Of a stretch of DNA of 42,763 nucleotides, positions 23,138 through 33,546 are shown piece after piece. The notes under the pieces were generated by a model. The model was not told the origin of the DNA. It saw only the letters and a program-made list of their open reading frames with translations, and did not search any database. The stretch's first letter is position 1, and the number at the start of each line of letters is the position of its first letter. Source of the DNA: a virus (Duplodnaviria; Caudoviricetes); IMG/VR virus record IMGVR_UViG_3300042510_000830, positions 1 to 42,763 of that record; one strand, 5' to 3'. The translations under genes and the position numbers were made by a program.

Positions 23138-26100
23138 ATGCCTGACATTAAAATTTCTGCTCTTCCTTCGGCGTCTACTGTAAATGATGCTGATATTTTT
23201 GTTTTAAACCAAAGCGGGGAAACTAAAACCGCAGCTAAATCGCTTATTACGGCAGGTCTAGCGGGGACTTCTCAGCTATCCGGCTTTACAAACACCGCTC
23301 AAGTGGAGGCTTTAGCTTCCGCTCAAATCGCGGCAATTACGCCAGCTTCTATTGGAGCTGTGGCTACTGGCGATGTCATTGCTATCAGTAACGGCGGCAC
23401 CGGGGCAACAGACGCTGTCAGCGCGTTAGCCAACCTCGGTGGGATTACTTCCGCTCAAGTGCCTGCATTCAACACGCAGCAGCTGAATGCTTATGTGCTG
23501 AAGTCTGGCTCAACGATGGACGGTCGCCTCATCATGGCCGCAACCACGGATCAGGCTAAGGCTAACATTGGGGGGTTAATTGGAACATTAAATCCATCTA
23601 CTGTAACGGCAGGGGATCTTTGGATAAGCAGCCAGAGCAAATTAACATTTTCTCCTTCATCTGGGGTCAACATAACTGTTCCCGGTCTTACTCAATCAAA
23701 CACATTCAATCAGCCGCAAACCATTGGCGTTGGCGGCACTTCAACGTCACTTGCGGTAAATCAAAGCGGCACAGGCCGCGCAGCTACGTTCGCAGCCAAC
23801 TCTACGGCTCCTGCTGTTGCAATCACGCAGACTGGCACTGGTGCTGCGCTTTCGGTGGACAGTAAAGGGATTTCGTTCTATGACGGAACGGTTCAAACAG
23901 GCGGCACGGGCCATTACGTGACTGGGCTGGCAGCTTTGGTAAATCAAGCTGGAACGTCAAACACTGTTCCTGTTCCCAACACGTTTACTTACTCTACCTT
24001 TGGCACCCCTTCAATTGACGGCCAAAATATTACTCTTGGCGTTGTAGTTCTTTTTACGGCTCAGTCTGATGCAAAACAAAACGGGCCATGGATTGTAACT
24101 GCCATGAACGTAAGCAGCGTTTCTGGCGCTGTCTTGACTCGACCAACATGGTTTAGCGGAACTATCTATCAAGGGGTCACCGTTAGTGTTGGCGCTGGCA
24201 ATACACGTTCTGGATACATCTACAACGTAGGCAAGGCTACAGGCGGAGCTATTAATGTTGGCTCAAGCGACATCTCTGTTTCTGTTGTCAACTACAATCA
24301 AAATGCGGTTGGCACGGCTCAGATTTCTGGCTTTGCAACTACCGCGCAACTCGGTAGCTACGCGACCACTTCGCAGATTTCTGGCATTGCCACAACTGCA
24401 CAGCTTTCAGGGTTTGCTACAACCGAGCAGCTTGGCGGCTACGCAACCACAACACAGATCAGCACGCTTCAGCCTGCACTAACATCTGCCGCGCCCCTAG
24501 CCATCTCGCAAGGTGGAACTGGAGCGACTACTGACATTGCCGCACTAACAAACCTTGGTGCCTTGTCTGCGACTGCCGCTGCTGGCGGAGATCTGTCTGG
24601 CAACTACCCGAACCCGACGGTTGCAAAGATTCAAGGTCAGGCTGTGTCTGCCACTACGCCAACCAGTGGACAAGTGTTGACTTGGAATGGCTCGGCATGG
24701 GTGGCTACAGCGCCTGCTACTGGCGGATCTGGTGGTGGTGGAGTGTTGTTCTACCTTAATTATGGCACAAACCCAGATGCGCCTGCTCCGGCTGGCTCCA
24801 AAGAGCTGGGACGTGTTGCCGAGGTGGCTCAGACTTCCGTGCAGTCAGCGGTGCTTACCAGTGGCGTTTGGACTGACATTGCTGGGTTTGTTTCAGACAC
24901 ACTTGATCCCAACCTTCAGGACATCCCAGCTGGTATCTTTGACTTCAACGTGTGGGCTAAGTCAGACGCAAACGCAAATGCGCCGACACTGTTGCGTGTG
25001 CAGGTTTACAAGTGGGATGGCACAACTTCGACGTTGATTGCCACGTCCGGCACTGCTGTTGTCAGCAACAACGGCACCACGGTTCAGACTGCCATTTCGG
25101 TGGTGATCCCGCAGACCGATGTAACGCCATCCGACAGGCTCTACATTCTCTTGCAGGTGCAGGCTTCTGCCGCAGGACATACCGCCACAATTGAGTTTGG
25201 CGACGGTACGCCTTCTCACGTTCACACGACGATCCCGTCGGTAGGCGGCACAGGTGTGGTAAAGGTCATTAACGGTGTCCCGCAGAACCCGGCATCACTA
25301 ATCACCGACTCGGATGTCTCAAGCGCAGCGCCCCTTGCACTGGACAAGGTGCAGATGGGTCAGGTGAGCGTTCTTGCTGGAGACGGCTTGACTGGCGGCG
25401 GAGATCTTTCGACCAGCCGCACGCTTGCGCTTGTCACCACTGGAATTGCCGCGATTACAGCAGGATCATCTTCAGTTGTGCCTGTTATCACGACCAACAT
25501 TTACGGTCAAATCACGGCACTTACAACAGAGGCTATCCCCGCAGGCACATCTGGCACTGTAACGGCTATTACGGCGGGCGCTGGGCTTACAGGCGGCACC
25601 ATCACTAGCGATGGCATCATTGCCCTTGAAACGGCTGGTCCGGGCGTATTAACCAACGTAGGCTCCAGCGCAGCGGTGCCTGTCATTAGCGTGGACGCTT
25701 ACGGGCGCATCAGTGCGCTTGAGACGGCCTCTTTGTCTGGATTAGGCACAGTGACGAGCATCGCCATGACAAGCCAAGTGTCCGGCCTGTCATTTTCGCC
25801 AACGAGCGCAATCACCGACAATGGCACGTTCAACCTGACTGGTACGCTTGACGTTTCCAACGGCGGGACGGGCGCTACTGACGCGCCATCGGCGCTGAGC
25901 AACCTTGGCGGGATCACCTCAGATGCACTGAGTGGACTGGCGACAACGGGCCAGCTATCTGCCTACCAGCCTGCGCTTACGACGGCTGCTCCGCTGGGGA
26001 TCGAGCTTGGTGGTACTGGAGCAATCACACAAGAAGCCGCTCGCACTGCAATGGGCGGGCTTCAACAAGTTGACTACTACATTAGTGCTGCAATTGCAGG

Positions 26101-27004
26101 GTCAATGACCACAACTGGAATAAATGTATTAACTTACAATACTCCTGCTGTACTTACGATTGAAGGCATTGCGCCATCTGTGGGTGATACGGTTTTTGTT
26201 GGCGGACAGACAGGCTCTACAAACCCTACCAACATAGCAAATGGGCCGTGGATTATCACAAGAGTTGGAACCGCAAGTGTCACGACAGAATTAACGCGCC
26301 CAACATGGTTTTCTGGAACCGTAAAAAACAACACGATATGTGCTATTAAATACGGCAGCGGAAGTGCTGGGACTGTAAGGGCCGCTATTGGGCCAACAAC
26401 TACGTCAAAAACAGATATCAATGTTGGGACAACCGCAATAACTACACCTCTTGTTTCGTCAAGAAATAGTAACGCAATTACCGCTGCCAATATATTTACT
26501 TCGCGGCAAACCTTTGTAGCAAATTCAACCACGCTTAACCCAATTAGCTTCAGCACAGCCGCTGCCACACTCCTTTCCACCCGCGCACTTGGCGCTCTTG
26601 AGTGGGACAACACGCAGCTCTACATTACCGAGTCCAATCAGTTCTCTGTGCTTAACAGAACGCCAATTGCCACGGCAATGGTGCTTATTAACGCGCAGAC
26701 TGGCACGACGTTTACGCCTGTTGTGACTTCTCCAAGTGACGCTGGCAAGTTAATCACGCTTAGTAATCCAAATTCAATTACGGTAACAATTGCTGCTGAC
26801 ACAGGCTCTGTTATAACCGACTTTCCTGTTGGCACACAGCTTCTAATGATGCAGCTTGACGCAGGTCAGGTGACAGTGTCCGGGGCCGCTGGTGTAACCA
26901 TTGTTAGCAAGAACGGGACAAAAACTGCTGGTCAATACTCGCTGATTTCGCTAATCAAAATAGCCGGGAACCAGTGGGTCGTTGGTGGCGATGCAACAAC
27001 TTAA
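23138..27004 (+). CDS. Long tail fibre protein (1288 aa)
   Basis: KISALP N-terminus, GGTGAT.A..AL.NLG repeats, GGDLSGNYPNP, G/T/A/S-rich. Confidence 0.85.
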   Translation: MPDIKISALPSASTVNDADIFVLNQSGETKTAAKSLITAGLAGTSQLSGFTNTAQVEALASAQIAAITPASIGAVATGDVIAISNGGTGATDAVSALANLGGITSAQVPAFNTQQLNAYVLKSGSTMDGRLIMAATTDQAKANIGGLIGTLNPSTVTAGDLWISSQSKLTFSPSSGVNITVPGLTQSNTFNQPQTIGVGGTSTSLAVNQSGTGRAATFAANSTAPAVAITQTGTGAALSVDSKGISFYDGTVQTGGTGHYVTGLAALVNQAGTSNTVPVPNTFTYSTFGTPSIDGQNITLGVVVLFTAQSDAKQNGPWIVTAMNVSSVSGAVLTRPTWFSGTIYQGVTVSVGAGNTRSGYIYNVGKATGGAINVGSSDISVSVVNYNQNAVGTAQISGFATTAQLGSYATTSQISGIATTAQLSGFATTEQLGGYATTTQISTLQPALTSAAPLAISQGGTGATTDIAALTNLGALSATAAAGGDLSGNYPNPTVAKIQGQAVSATTPTSGQVLTWNGSAWVATAPATGGSGGGGVLFYLNYGTNPDAPAPAGSKELGRVAEVAQTSVQSAVLTSGVWTDIAGFVSDTLDPNLQDIPAGIFDFNVWAKSDANANAPTLLRVQVYKWDGTTSTLIATSGTAVVSNNGTTVQTAISVVIPQTDVTPSDRLYILLQVQASAAGHTATIEFGDGTPSHVHTTIPSVGGTGVVKVINGVPQNPASLITDSDVSSAAPLALDKVQMGQVSVLAGDGLTGGGDLSTSRTLALVTTGIAAITAGSSSVVPVITTNIYGQITALTTEAIPAGTSGTVTAITAGAGLTGGTITSDGIIALETAGPGVLTNVGSSAAVPVISVDAYGRISALETASLSGLGTVTSIAMTSQVSGLSFSPTSAITDNGTFNLTGTLDVSNGGTGATDAPSALSNLGGITSDALSGLATTGQLSAYQPALTTAAPLGIELGGTGAITQEAARTAMGGLQQVDYYISAAIAGSMTTTGINVLTYNTPAVLTIEGIAPSVGDTVFVGGQTGSTNPTNIANGPWIITRVGTASVTTELTRPTWFSGTVKNNTICAIKYGSGSAGTVRAAIGPTTTSKTDINVGTTAITTPLVSSRNSNAITAANIFTSRQTFVANSTTLNPISFSTAAATLLSTRALGALEWDNTQLYITESNQFSVLNRTPIATAMVLINAQTGTTFTPVVTSPSDAGKLITLSNPNSITVTIAADTGSVITDFPVGTQLLMMQLDAGQVTVSGAAGVTIVSKNGTKTAGQYSLISLIKIAGNQWVVGGDATT
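24314..24463 (+). repeat. 27-bp (9-aa) coding tandem repeat, about 5.5 units
   Basis: TAQISGFAT/TAQLGSYAT/TSQISGIAT/TAQLSGFAT/TEQLGGYAT. Confidence 0.8.
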
Positions 27005-27007
27005 TTT

Positions 27008-29191
27008 ATGCTAGCTTTACTTGGCAGCCTTAGGAAAGCTGGAGGCGCTCCTCCAAGCCCTAATTTTATAACCAATTCGCTTAGGTTTCGCTCAGTTAAT
27101 TCAGCGCGTTTGTCACGGACGTTTGGAACGCCAACAGATGCAAATGTATATACTTGGTCTGGCTGGGTAAAGCGCACTATTCAGAATACAAACCCATCGT
27201 TGTTTGGCGTAAGCAACAGCACATATTTTGGATTTAGAACTACTGAAGCTATTACTGTTTTTATAAATAATGTTTTTACATTAACAACAACTGCAATTTT
27301 TCGTGATCCACTTGCTTGGTATCATATTGTTTACGTTCAAAACGGAACATCTCAAACATTTTATGTAAATGGATCTATAGTTGCCACTGGAACGGCTTCG
27401 GCTTTAGGATTTAATACAGCCACGTCTCATAATATAGGAAATGCTGCCGAAACTGCTCGTCCTTTTGACGGATATCTTGCGGAAATAAATTTTGTTGATG
27501 GCCAAGCATTAACTCCGTCGTCGTTTGGTGAAATTAATTCTACAACTGGCGTATGGACGCCAAAAGAATACACTGGAACTTACGGCAATAATGGGTTTAG
27601 GCTGCGCTTTAACAACACATCTTCTTTAGCTACTTTAGCAGAGGATAGCTCGGGGCGCGGGAACCATTGGACGGCTACAAATGTCAGCCTAACTTCTGGC
27701 GTAACATACGACAGCATGGTTGATGTTCCAGTAAATTACAGCGATGGGCAAAACGGAAGAGGAAATTATGCTGTAATAAATTCACTCAATCCAATAACAA
27801 CAGCTTCCTTAACTTCTGCAAACCTTCAAACAACTTCCGCAGCCTCTCAAGCTATTGTTGGGAGCATGTCAATGGATAACGGAAGTTGGTATTGGGAAAT
27901 ACAATACAACGCTGCAACTGCGGATCAGTTGGTTGGGGTGTACAAAACATCTGCAACCACTATTTCGGTTACGCCAACAACCAATGTTATTGGTGTAAGG
28001 TTTAATGCCGACACAGGAAATTTGGATTACACTGTTGACGGAACATCATACAGCTCGATTGCCACAGGGCTTACTGGAGGAGGATACATTCCATACGCAG
28101 CCTCTGCAACAAACGCTAAAATTATCTATGCTAACTTTGGCCAGCGTCCGTTTCAGTATACGCGACCTGCTGGGTTTAACGCGCTTAACGCAAGCAATCT
28201 TTCAAATCCAACAATTGTTAATCCGGCAAATTATGTTGCGGCTACAATTTACACTGGAACAGCTAATCCGCTATCTATATCAAACAGCACAAACGGTGTG
28301 TCATTCCAGCCAAATTTAGTGTGGATTAAATCTCGCACATCCGACTCAGCAAATCATGCGTTGTTTGATTCAATAAGAGGCGCAGCAAATTACATTTCAT
28401 CTAACACAACTGCAACTCAAGTTACTAATGCCAATACGCTTACGGCGTTTACAGCAAACGGATTTGATCTTGGCACAGACACGGCGCTGGTTAATGCAAA
28501 TGCTGGTTCTTATGTGGCGTGGCAGTGGAGGGAAAGTGCCACCTCAGGAGTAGACATTGTTTCGTACACAGGCACAGGCGCAAGCACTACAATTGCCCAC
28601 AATTTAGGCGTTGTTCCTGCAATGATTATTGTAAAGCAACTAACGCCTATTGCAGCTGTTAGTAACTGGCAGGTATATCATACCTCAATCCCGGCTACAG
28701 ACAGCATGCAGCTTAATACGCAAAATCAAGCAGCGGCGGCTCCAACAGTGTGGGACAATACAGCTCCAACCTTAAATAGCTTTAGCATTGGGGCGTCTTC
28801 TGATGTAAATGCCATTGGCATAAGTTACATTGCATATTGTTTTGCTGAAATTTCAGGGTTTAGCAAATTTGGTGTATATCAAGGCAACTCAAGTCTTTCT
28901 GGCCAATTTGTGAATTGCAATTTTGCGCCTAAAGTAGTTTTAATAAAAAATTTTACTTCAGGTGGCGTTGGGTCTAATTGGTTTATTTACGATTCAGCTA
29001 GAGGAACAAATACCAAGCCCGGACTTAGAGCAAACGCAGTGTTTTCTGAACTAACAACCACCAGCCTTGATTTTATTTCGACTGGGTTTAAATTAAGAAC
29101 TAATAGCGCTGAGCTAAACGGAAGCGGAAACAATTATATTTTTGCAGCTTTTGCAGAAGCTCCATTTAAACACGCATTAGCCAAATTTTAA
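27008..29191 (+). CDS. Concanavalin A/LamG- and SPRY-like domain tail or receptor-binding protein
   Basis: SLRF, TWSGWVKR, FRDP.AWYH, GYLAE..F.DG, WYWE, NFGQ, F.P.LVWIK.R. Confidence 0.8.
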   Translation: MLALLGSLRKAGGAPPSPNFITNSLRFRSVNSARLSRTFGTPTDANVYTWSGWVKRTIQNTNPSLFGVSNSTYFGFRTTEAITVFINNVFTLTTTAIFRDPLAWYHIVYVQNGTSQTFYVNGSIVATGTASALGFNTATSHNIGNAAETARPFDGYLAEINFVDGQALTPSSFGEINSTTGVWTPKEYTGTYGNNGFRLRFNNTSSLATLAEDSSGRGNHWTATNVSLTSGVTYDSMVDVPVNYSDGQNGRGNYAVINSLNPITTASLTSANLQTTSAASQAIVGSMSMDNGSWYWEIQYNAATADQLVGVYKTSATTISVTPTTNVIGVRFNADTGNLDYTVDGTSYSSIATGLTGGGYIPYAASATNAKIIYANFGQRPFQYTRPAGFNALNASNLSNPTIVNPANYVAATIYTGTANPLSISNSTNGVSFQPNLVWIKSRTSDSANHALFDSIRGAANYISSNTTATQVTNANTLTAFTANGFDLGTDTALVNANAGSYVAWQWRESATSGVDIVSYTGTGASTTIAHNLGVVPAMIIVKQLTPIAAVSNWQVYHTSIPATDSMQLNTQNQAAAAPTVWDNTAPTLNSFSIGASSDVNAIGISYIAYCFAEISGFSKFGVYQGNSSLSGQFVNCNFAPKVVLIKNFTSGGVGSNWFIYDSARGTNTKPGLRANAVFSELTTTSLDFISTGFKLRTNSAELNGSGNNYIFAAFAEAPFKHALAKF

Positions 29192-29194
29192 CTT

Positions 29195-29455
29195 ATGGCA
29201 AGAAAATCTGTATCACTCGCAGTGGGGCGCGGCGAAAAGTTGCCTGTGTCTAAAGGTGCAGGCCTAACAGCAAAAGGTCGAGCCAAATACAATCGGGCTA
29301 CTGGCAGCAACCTGAAGGCTCCTGCGCCCAACCCAAAAACCAAGTCTGACGCTGGCCGTAAGAAATCATTTTGTGCTAGGATGGCTGGTGTCGTAGCCAA
29401 AGCAAAAGGCCCAGCAGAACGGGCTAGAGCAAGCATGAGACGCTGGAAATGCTAG
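29195..29455 (+). CDS. Small basic protein (DUF6321-like)
   Basis: GLTAKGR..YN..TGS.LKAP...RKKSFCARM. Confidence 0.75.
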   Translation: MARKSVSLAVGRGEKLPVSKGAGLTAKGRAKYNRATGSNLKAPAPNPKTKSDAGRKKSFCARMAGVVAKAKGPAERARASMRRWKC

Positions 29456-29457
29456 TT

Positions 29458-29637
29458 ATGGACGAGTTCATTGCCAAGGTTCTTAACCACATTTTTGAGC
29501 AAGGCTTGACAGTTTCCCTGCTGGCGTTGGCCCTGTACTATCTACACAGCAAGCTAAACAAACTAGAAGTGAAGATCACCGAGTGCGAGCAAGACAGGCT
29601 CAGGCTCTGGGAAAGAATCGCTCAACTCCACGACTAA
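29458..29637 (+). CDS. Membrane protein with coiled coil (holin-like)
   Basis: One TM segment; lysis cassette position. Confidence 0.55.
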   Translation: MDEFIAKVLNHIFEQGLTVSLLALALYYLHSKLNKLEVKITECEQDRLRLWERIAQLHD

Positions 29638-29639
29638 CT

Positions 29640-29795
29640 ATGAAAGAATACCTCAAACAACCTTCCACTTGGCTCGGACTTGCTAAACTTGGCGCTGCCC
29701 TCGGGCTGTACAGCACTGGCATCGGTGGAGCCATCGCGCAGGGCGTTATGGCAATTTTTGGCATTATTGACGTAATTCGTAACGAGAAACGGTGA
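29640..29795 (+). CDS. Putative holin
   Basis: LKQPSTW.GL, two TM segments, GTGA overlap with endolysin. Confidence 0.65.
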   Translation: MKEYLKQPSTWLGLAKLGAALGLYSTGIGGAIAQGVMAIFGIIDVIRNEKR

Positions 29796-30268
29796 TTGAC
29801 GAGCGATCAGCCAAACACATCGCAACTCTGCTTCCCGAAGTTCAGGACGCATTTACAGCTTTTTTGCTCGATGCCAAACAGATAGCAGCTAAAGACGGCT
29901 TGGACTACAGAGTCATCTGCGGTACTCGATCATGGAACGAACAGGCTGCACTGTACGCCAAGGGGCGCACTGCGCCGGGACCAAAGGTGACTAATGCCAA
30001 ACCGGGATCATCGATGCACAACTTCGGACTCGCCATCGACTGCGGCGTGTTCAAGGGCAAAGTGTACATGGATGACGGGACACCCGCTGACAAAAAGACA
30101 GCGGATCTTATGCATAAACACGTCTCAACGCTGTGTGCAAAGCACAACCTTAGATGGGGCGGCAATTTCAAGAAGCTTTATGATGCGCCTCATTTTGAGT
30201 ATAATACTCCTTATACTGTTAGCGAGCTGTGCATTCGCCGGGAAAAAGAGCAGTCTTTAATTGTTTAA
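29792..30268 (+). CDS. Endolysin, M15 family L-Ala-D-Glu peptidase
   Basis: R...EQ..LYAKGR, SMHNFGLAID, WGG.F...D.PHFE. Confidence 0.9.
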   Translation: MIDERSAKHIATLLPEVQDAFTAFLLDAKQIAAKDGLDYRVICGTRSWNEQAALYAKGRTAPGPKVTNAKPGSSMHNFGLAIDCGVFKGKVYMDDGTPADKKTADLMHKHVSTLCAKHNLRWGGNFKKLYDAPHFEYNTPYTVSELCIRREKEQSLIV

Positions 30269-30272
30269 CTAT

Positions 30273-30518
30273 ATGCCTAAAACTGATGCCAAAGCTTTAT
30301 TGATGATTCTTGGAGGCCCGATGGGGACAAAAAGAGGAAAGTCATGCCCCGAATGCGAATCGCCGCTTGAATCGAATGGCTGTTGTTCTGAGTGTGGGTA
30401 CGGGGAAGAAGAGGAGGAGTATGAGGAGGAAGAAGAGGAAGATCACAATAGCCGCATGATTGAGCTTCGCGACGACCTTCAGCGGATTGTAGATAAACTC
30501 AGCAAGTTAATCTCTTAA
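30273..30518 (+). CDS. Small zinc-finger/acidic protein
   Basis: CPEC...CSECG followed by poly-E. Confidence 0.6.
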   Translation: MPKTDAKALLMILGGPMGTKRGKSCPECESPLESNGCCSECGYGEEEEEYEEEEEEDHNSRMIELRDDLQRIVDKLSKLIS

Positions 30519-32440
30519 TGCCTTCTCAGCCAGAGCTTGAATCGGACAACAGCTATATTGGGTTTTCCAGTAGGCTGGATCCTGCAAATTTGCCGCAGGG
30601 CATTCTTCAGGCAGCTCAAAACATTCGGCTACAGCGGGGGATTGCACAGCCCAGAAAAGGCTGCCAGCGGCTTACAAGCACTGATCTTGAATCGCTGACA
30701 ATGGTTGGCTCTTCGGTGTGGATTGACTCCGCAGGAAGGGATAACATTGTTATGATCTTTACAGATAGAATGTATCTGTATAGACCGCAACAAGCTGGCG
30801 AAGCGGCTGTGCTGCTTGGGCCGTACAACTTTCCGGCATCGAGAAATATTGCATCAAACGGAACGGTTGACGCAGTTCAAGCCCTAAATAAACTGTATAT
30901 ATTTCGAGGCCAAGCTGATACTGCAACATTTGCCGCAAGCGTCACCAATTCAGTAATTGGCATTGGAGCCACAGGCACGATAACTGTCACAACATCAACG
31001 CCGCACGGCTATTCGACTGGAAATGAGGTGACGGTAAGATCGGACATCTACAGAACGCAATCTGAACTTGATGGCAATTATGTTGTTACTGTAACTGGAT
31101 CAAGCACATTTACATACCAGTTCACAAACACGACTGGCGTATCATTTGGCGCGAACTCATCGCTTTCTGGATTTTCTGTTGTCAGGGGAAAGCCTCCGCT
31201 GATTTGGGACTCCAACACATCAACCTTTAGCGTTGCTTCTCAAAAATACACCACGCCAACTCCGCCAAGCACTGCATTGACGTACCTTACGGAGTCTGTG
31301 CCTCCCGCTGATTTTGGGTTGTACTTTCAAAACAGGCTAATCATTAAAGCCGCAAATCAACGGATATTTTTTAGCGACGTTTTGTCCGAGCAGTTTGATT
31401 TGCAGCTCAATGACTTTCTTATAAACCAAGGAGGAAACGACTCAATTGTAGGATTCTTGCCGTGGATTGAAAACCAGTTTTTGGTGTTTATGGAGAACTC
31501 GATCTACCTAGCGTATATCGATCCTCGGTTTGACATTACAACACCTGACAAGAGCGAGATTACGGTTATTACCACGCAGCTTGGATGTCTGGCCAGAAGA
31601 ACAATCGTAAACGCCGGGCAGTATGTTTTGTTTTTAAGCGCCAAGGGAATTTACCTTTTGACGCCGCAGCTTGACCTTAAGGTCATTGGCAACACAATGC
31701 CGTTAAGCGAACCAATTGCTGACTTCTTTGAAAATATCGACTACAGTCTTGTTGCAAACTCTGTTGCAAGTTATTACGACAACCGTTTCTTCATAGCGGT
31801 TCCAACTGTAACCGCCCCTGTTTCAGGGCTGCCGCAAAGCAGAAACAACAAAATATTAATATACAATCTACTAAACAAAAACTGGGAAAGCATAGACGTT
31901 TATCCTCGTGGACTAAATGCCGACAATTTAGTAGTTGCACTGTACGGTTACCAGCGCAGATTGTTTATTTTGACCAACTTTAATGGGAGTCTTCCAGACG
32001 AATTTGGAGGGGTTTTCCTTGAAGGAGAGCGAGAGTCTGGAGACATATACGCCGGAGGGGAAGGGGCTATATTGCCATTTAACCTTTCTGAAGACTTAAA
32101 TGCGGGAGGTGTAGTTAACCAAATTGAGTCATTTGTTAGAAGCCGGGAATTTACGCTTGGGTCTTTGGCTGAAAAAAGATACAGCCGCGCTGAGTTTCAG
32201 TTCAACAATGTCTCTAATGACTTGTTGTCTTTGGACGCAACAACCCACGACCCGGACGTAACAGAGGACATATTGTCGTACACATTTTCTGGAAACTCGG
32301 ATGCTACATTAAGGCCAAGAATTGCCATGCGTGGGTCTTCAATAGATTTTACGGTAAAATTCTTGTACGGAAGGCCATCCTTGAAAGGGATCACAGTACA
32401 TGCTATTAGTGCCAGCAGACCAATGATTAGTCAGGAGTAA
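30518..32440 (+). CDS. Putative tail tubular protein B / nozzle
   Basis: N.R...G...RKG N-terminus, GC.AR.TI, beta-propeller-like; 640 aa. Confidence 0.7.
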   Translation: MPSQPELESDNSYIGFSSRLDPANLPQGILQAAQNIRLQRGIAQPRKGCQRLTSTDLESLTMVGSSVWIDSAGRDNIVMIFTDRMYLYRPQQAGEAAVLLGPYNFPASRNIASNGTVDAVQALNKLYIFRGQADTATFAASVTNSVIGIGATGTITVTTSTPHGYSTGNEVTVRSDIYRTQSELDGNYVVTVTGSSTFTYQFTNTTGVSFGANSSLSGFSVVRGKPPLIWDSNTSTFSVASQKYTTPTPPSTALTYLTESVPPADFGLYFQNRLIIKAANQRIFFSDVLSEQFDLQLNDFLINQGGNDSIVGFLPWIENQFLVFMENSIYLAYIDPRFDITTPDKSEITVITTQLGCLARRTIVNAGQYVLFLSAKGIYLLTPQLDLKVIGNTMPLSEPIADFFENIDYSLVANSVASYYDNRFFIAVPTVTAPVSGLPQSRNNKILIYNLLNKNWESIDVYPRGLNADNLVVALYGYQRRLFILTNFNGSLPDEFGGVFLEGERESGDIYAGGEGAILPFNLSEDLNAGGVVNQIESFVRSREFTLGSLAEKRYSRAEFQFNNVSNDLLSLDATTHDPDVTEDILSYTFSGNSDATLRPRIAMRGSSIDFTVKFLYGRPSLKGITVHAISASRPMISQE

Positions 32441-32442
32441 TT

Positions 32443-33120
32443 ATGGCCCAGATCAATAAAGGCACAACATATTCGGTAGGGAATCCAACTGTAACGATCG
32501 ACAATTTAAACGCGCATGTTGACAATGCGACATTGCTGGTTGGCGCAATTACAGAGCAGACTTCAATTACTACAGCGCAGATCAATTCCCTTTCATCTGC
32601 TCAAATCATTTTAGAGACTGGGCTTACACTGAGGCGGGCCACGCTTAGTCAGGCAGTCACTGGCGCTTTGTCGGGCGCGACAAACGGGCAATTGCTTATT
32701 GGAAACGCTGAAACGTCGCAGTTTTCCAAGGCTACATTGACGGCAGGAAACGGAATTTCAGTAACTAACGGAGCAGCTTCAATCACTCTATCAACGATCC
32801 CGTTTGCCTCGTATTCGGCTCCTGCGGCTTACTCTGGCACACAAACAGTTGCAATTCCAGCTTTGAGTTCTTTGTCTGGCTATTTCAAGTACAGCTTAAA
32901 TGCTGGCGCTGTAATTACAGTAAAACTGCCAAACACATCAAAACAAGGTGTATTATTTACGTTTAAAGTTACCTTCCTTGGAGCTGCCACAATTAAGTTT
33001 CAGGCAAGCGGAAGCACTACAGATATTGCAACAGCAACGGCAACGAGCGGCACACAGGAATTTACAATAATTGCATTGCAGGATAACCCAACTCTTCCAG
33101 CTCATTGGGGGCTGTTTTAG
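32443..33120 (+). CDS. Tail-associated/fibre-like protein
   Basis: T...LN..VD, NGQLLIG...TLTAG.GIS.TNG motif. Confidence 0.65.
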   Translation: MAQINKGTTYSVGNPTVTIDNLNAHVDNATLLVGAITEQTSITTAQINSLSSAQIILETGLTLRRATLSQAVTGALSGATNGQLLIGNAETSQFSKATLTAGNGISVTNGAASITLSTIPFASYSAPAAYSGTQTVAIPALSSLSGYFKYSLNAGAVITVKLPNTSKQGVLFTFKVTFLGAATIKFQASGSTTDIATATATSGTQEFTIIALQDNPTLPAHWGLF

Positions 33121-33123
33121 TTT

Positions 33124-33543
33124 ATGTCTGATAATTTAATATGGGACAAATTTATTGATTTTGCTTATAAGAAAAAGGAAGAGCATAAATGGCTTTTTCC
33201 AGCAGAAATAAGCAAAGATGTATTTCGGCAAATGTTTGAATTTCATTGCCATCATAAAAATTTGCACATCGTAAAAAATGGAGACGATTGGTCCTTTGTT
33301 GTTTTTCGGCCAATCAAACATGCATTTGATGTCGATTTTAATTGGGAGCAACCAGACAGTAATTTGTATCTTTTGGATTTTTTGTACTCAAAATGTAAAT
33401 ATGCAACCTTAGAACTTTGGAACATGTTTTGCAATCGTGGGGTAAAGCCTTCAAGTATTTTGTATTACAGAAGGGGCGAGCCAAAGCCATTTACCCCCAA
33501 GCTGGTTCTTAAGTTTTTTCGCAGCGCATTAATAAAGGAATAA
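33124..33543 (+). CDS. Hypothetical (possibly GNAT-like), very AT-rich
   Basis: Position before ejection proteins; fold is inference only. Confidence 0.55.
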   Translation: MSDNLIWDKFIDFAYKKKEEHKWLFPAEISKDVFRQMFEFHCHHKNLHIVKNGDDWSFVVFRPIKHAFDVDFNWEQPDSNLYLLDFLYSKCKYATLELWNMFCNRGVKPSSILYYRRGEPKPFTPKLVLKFFRSALIKE

Positions 33544-33546
33544 CCT

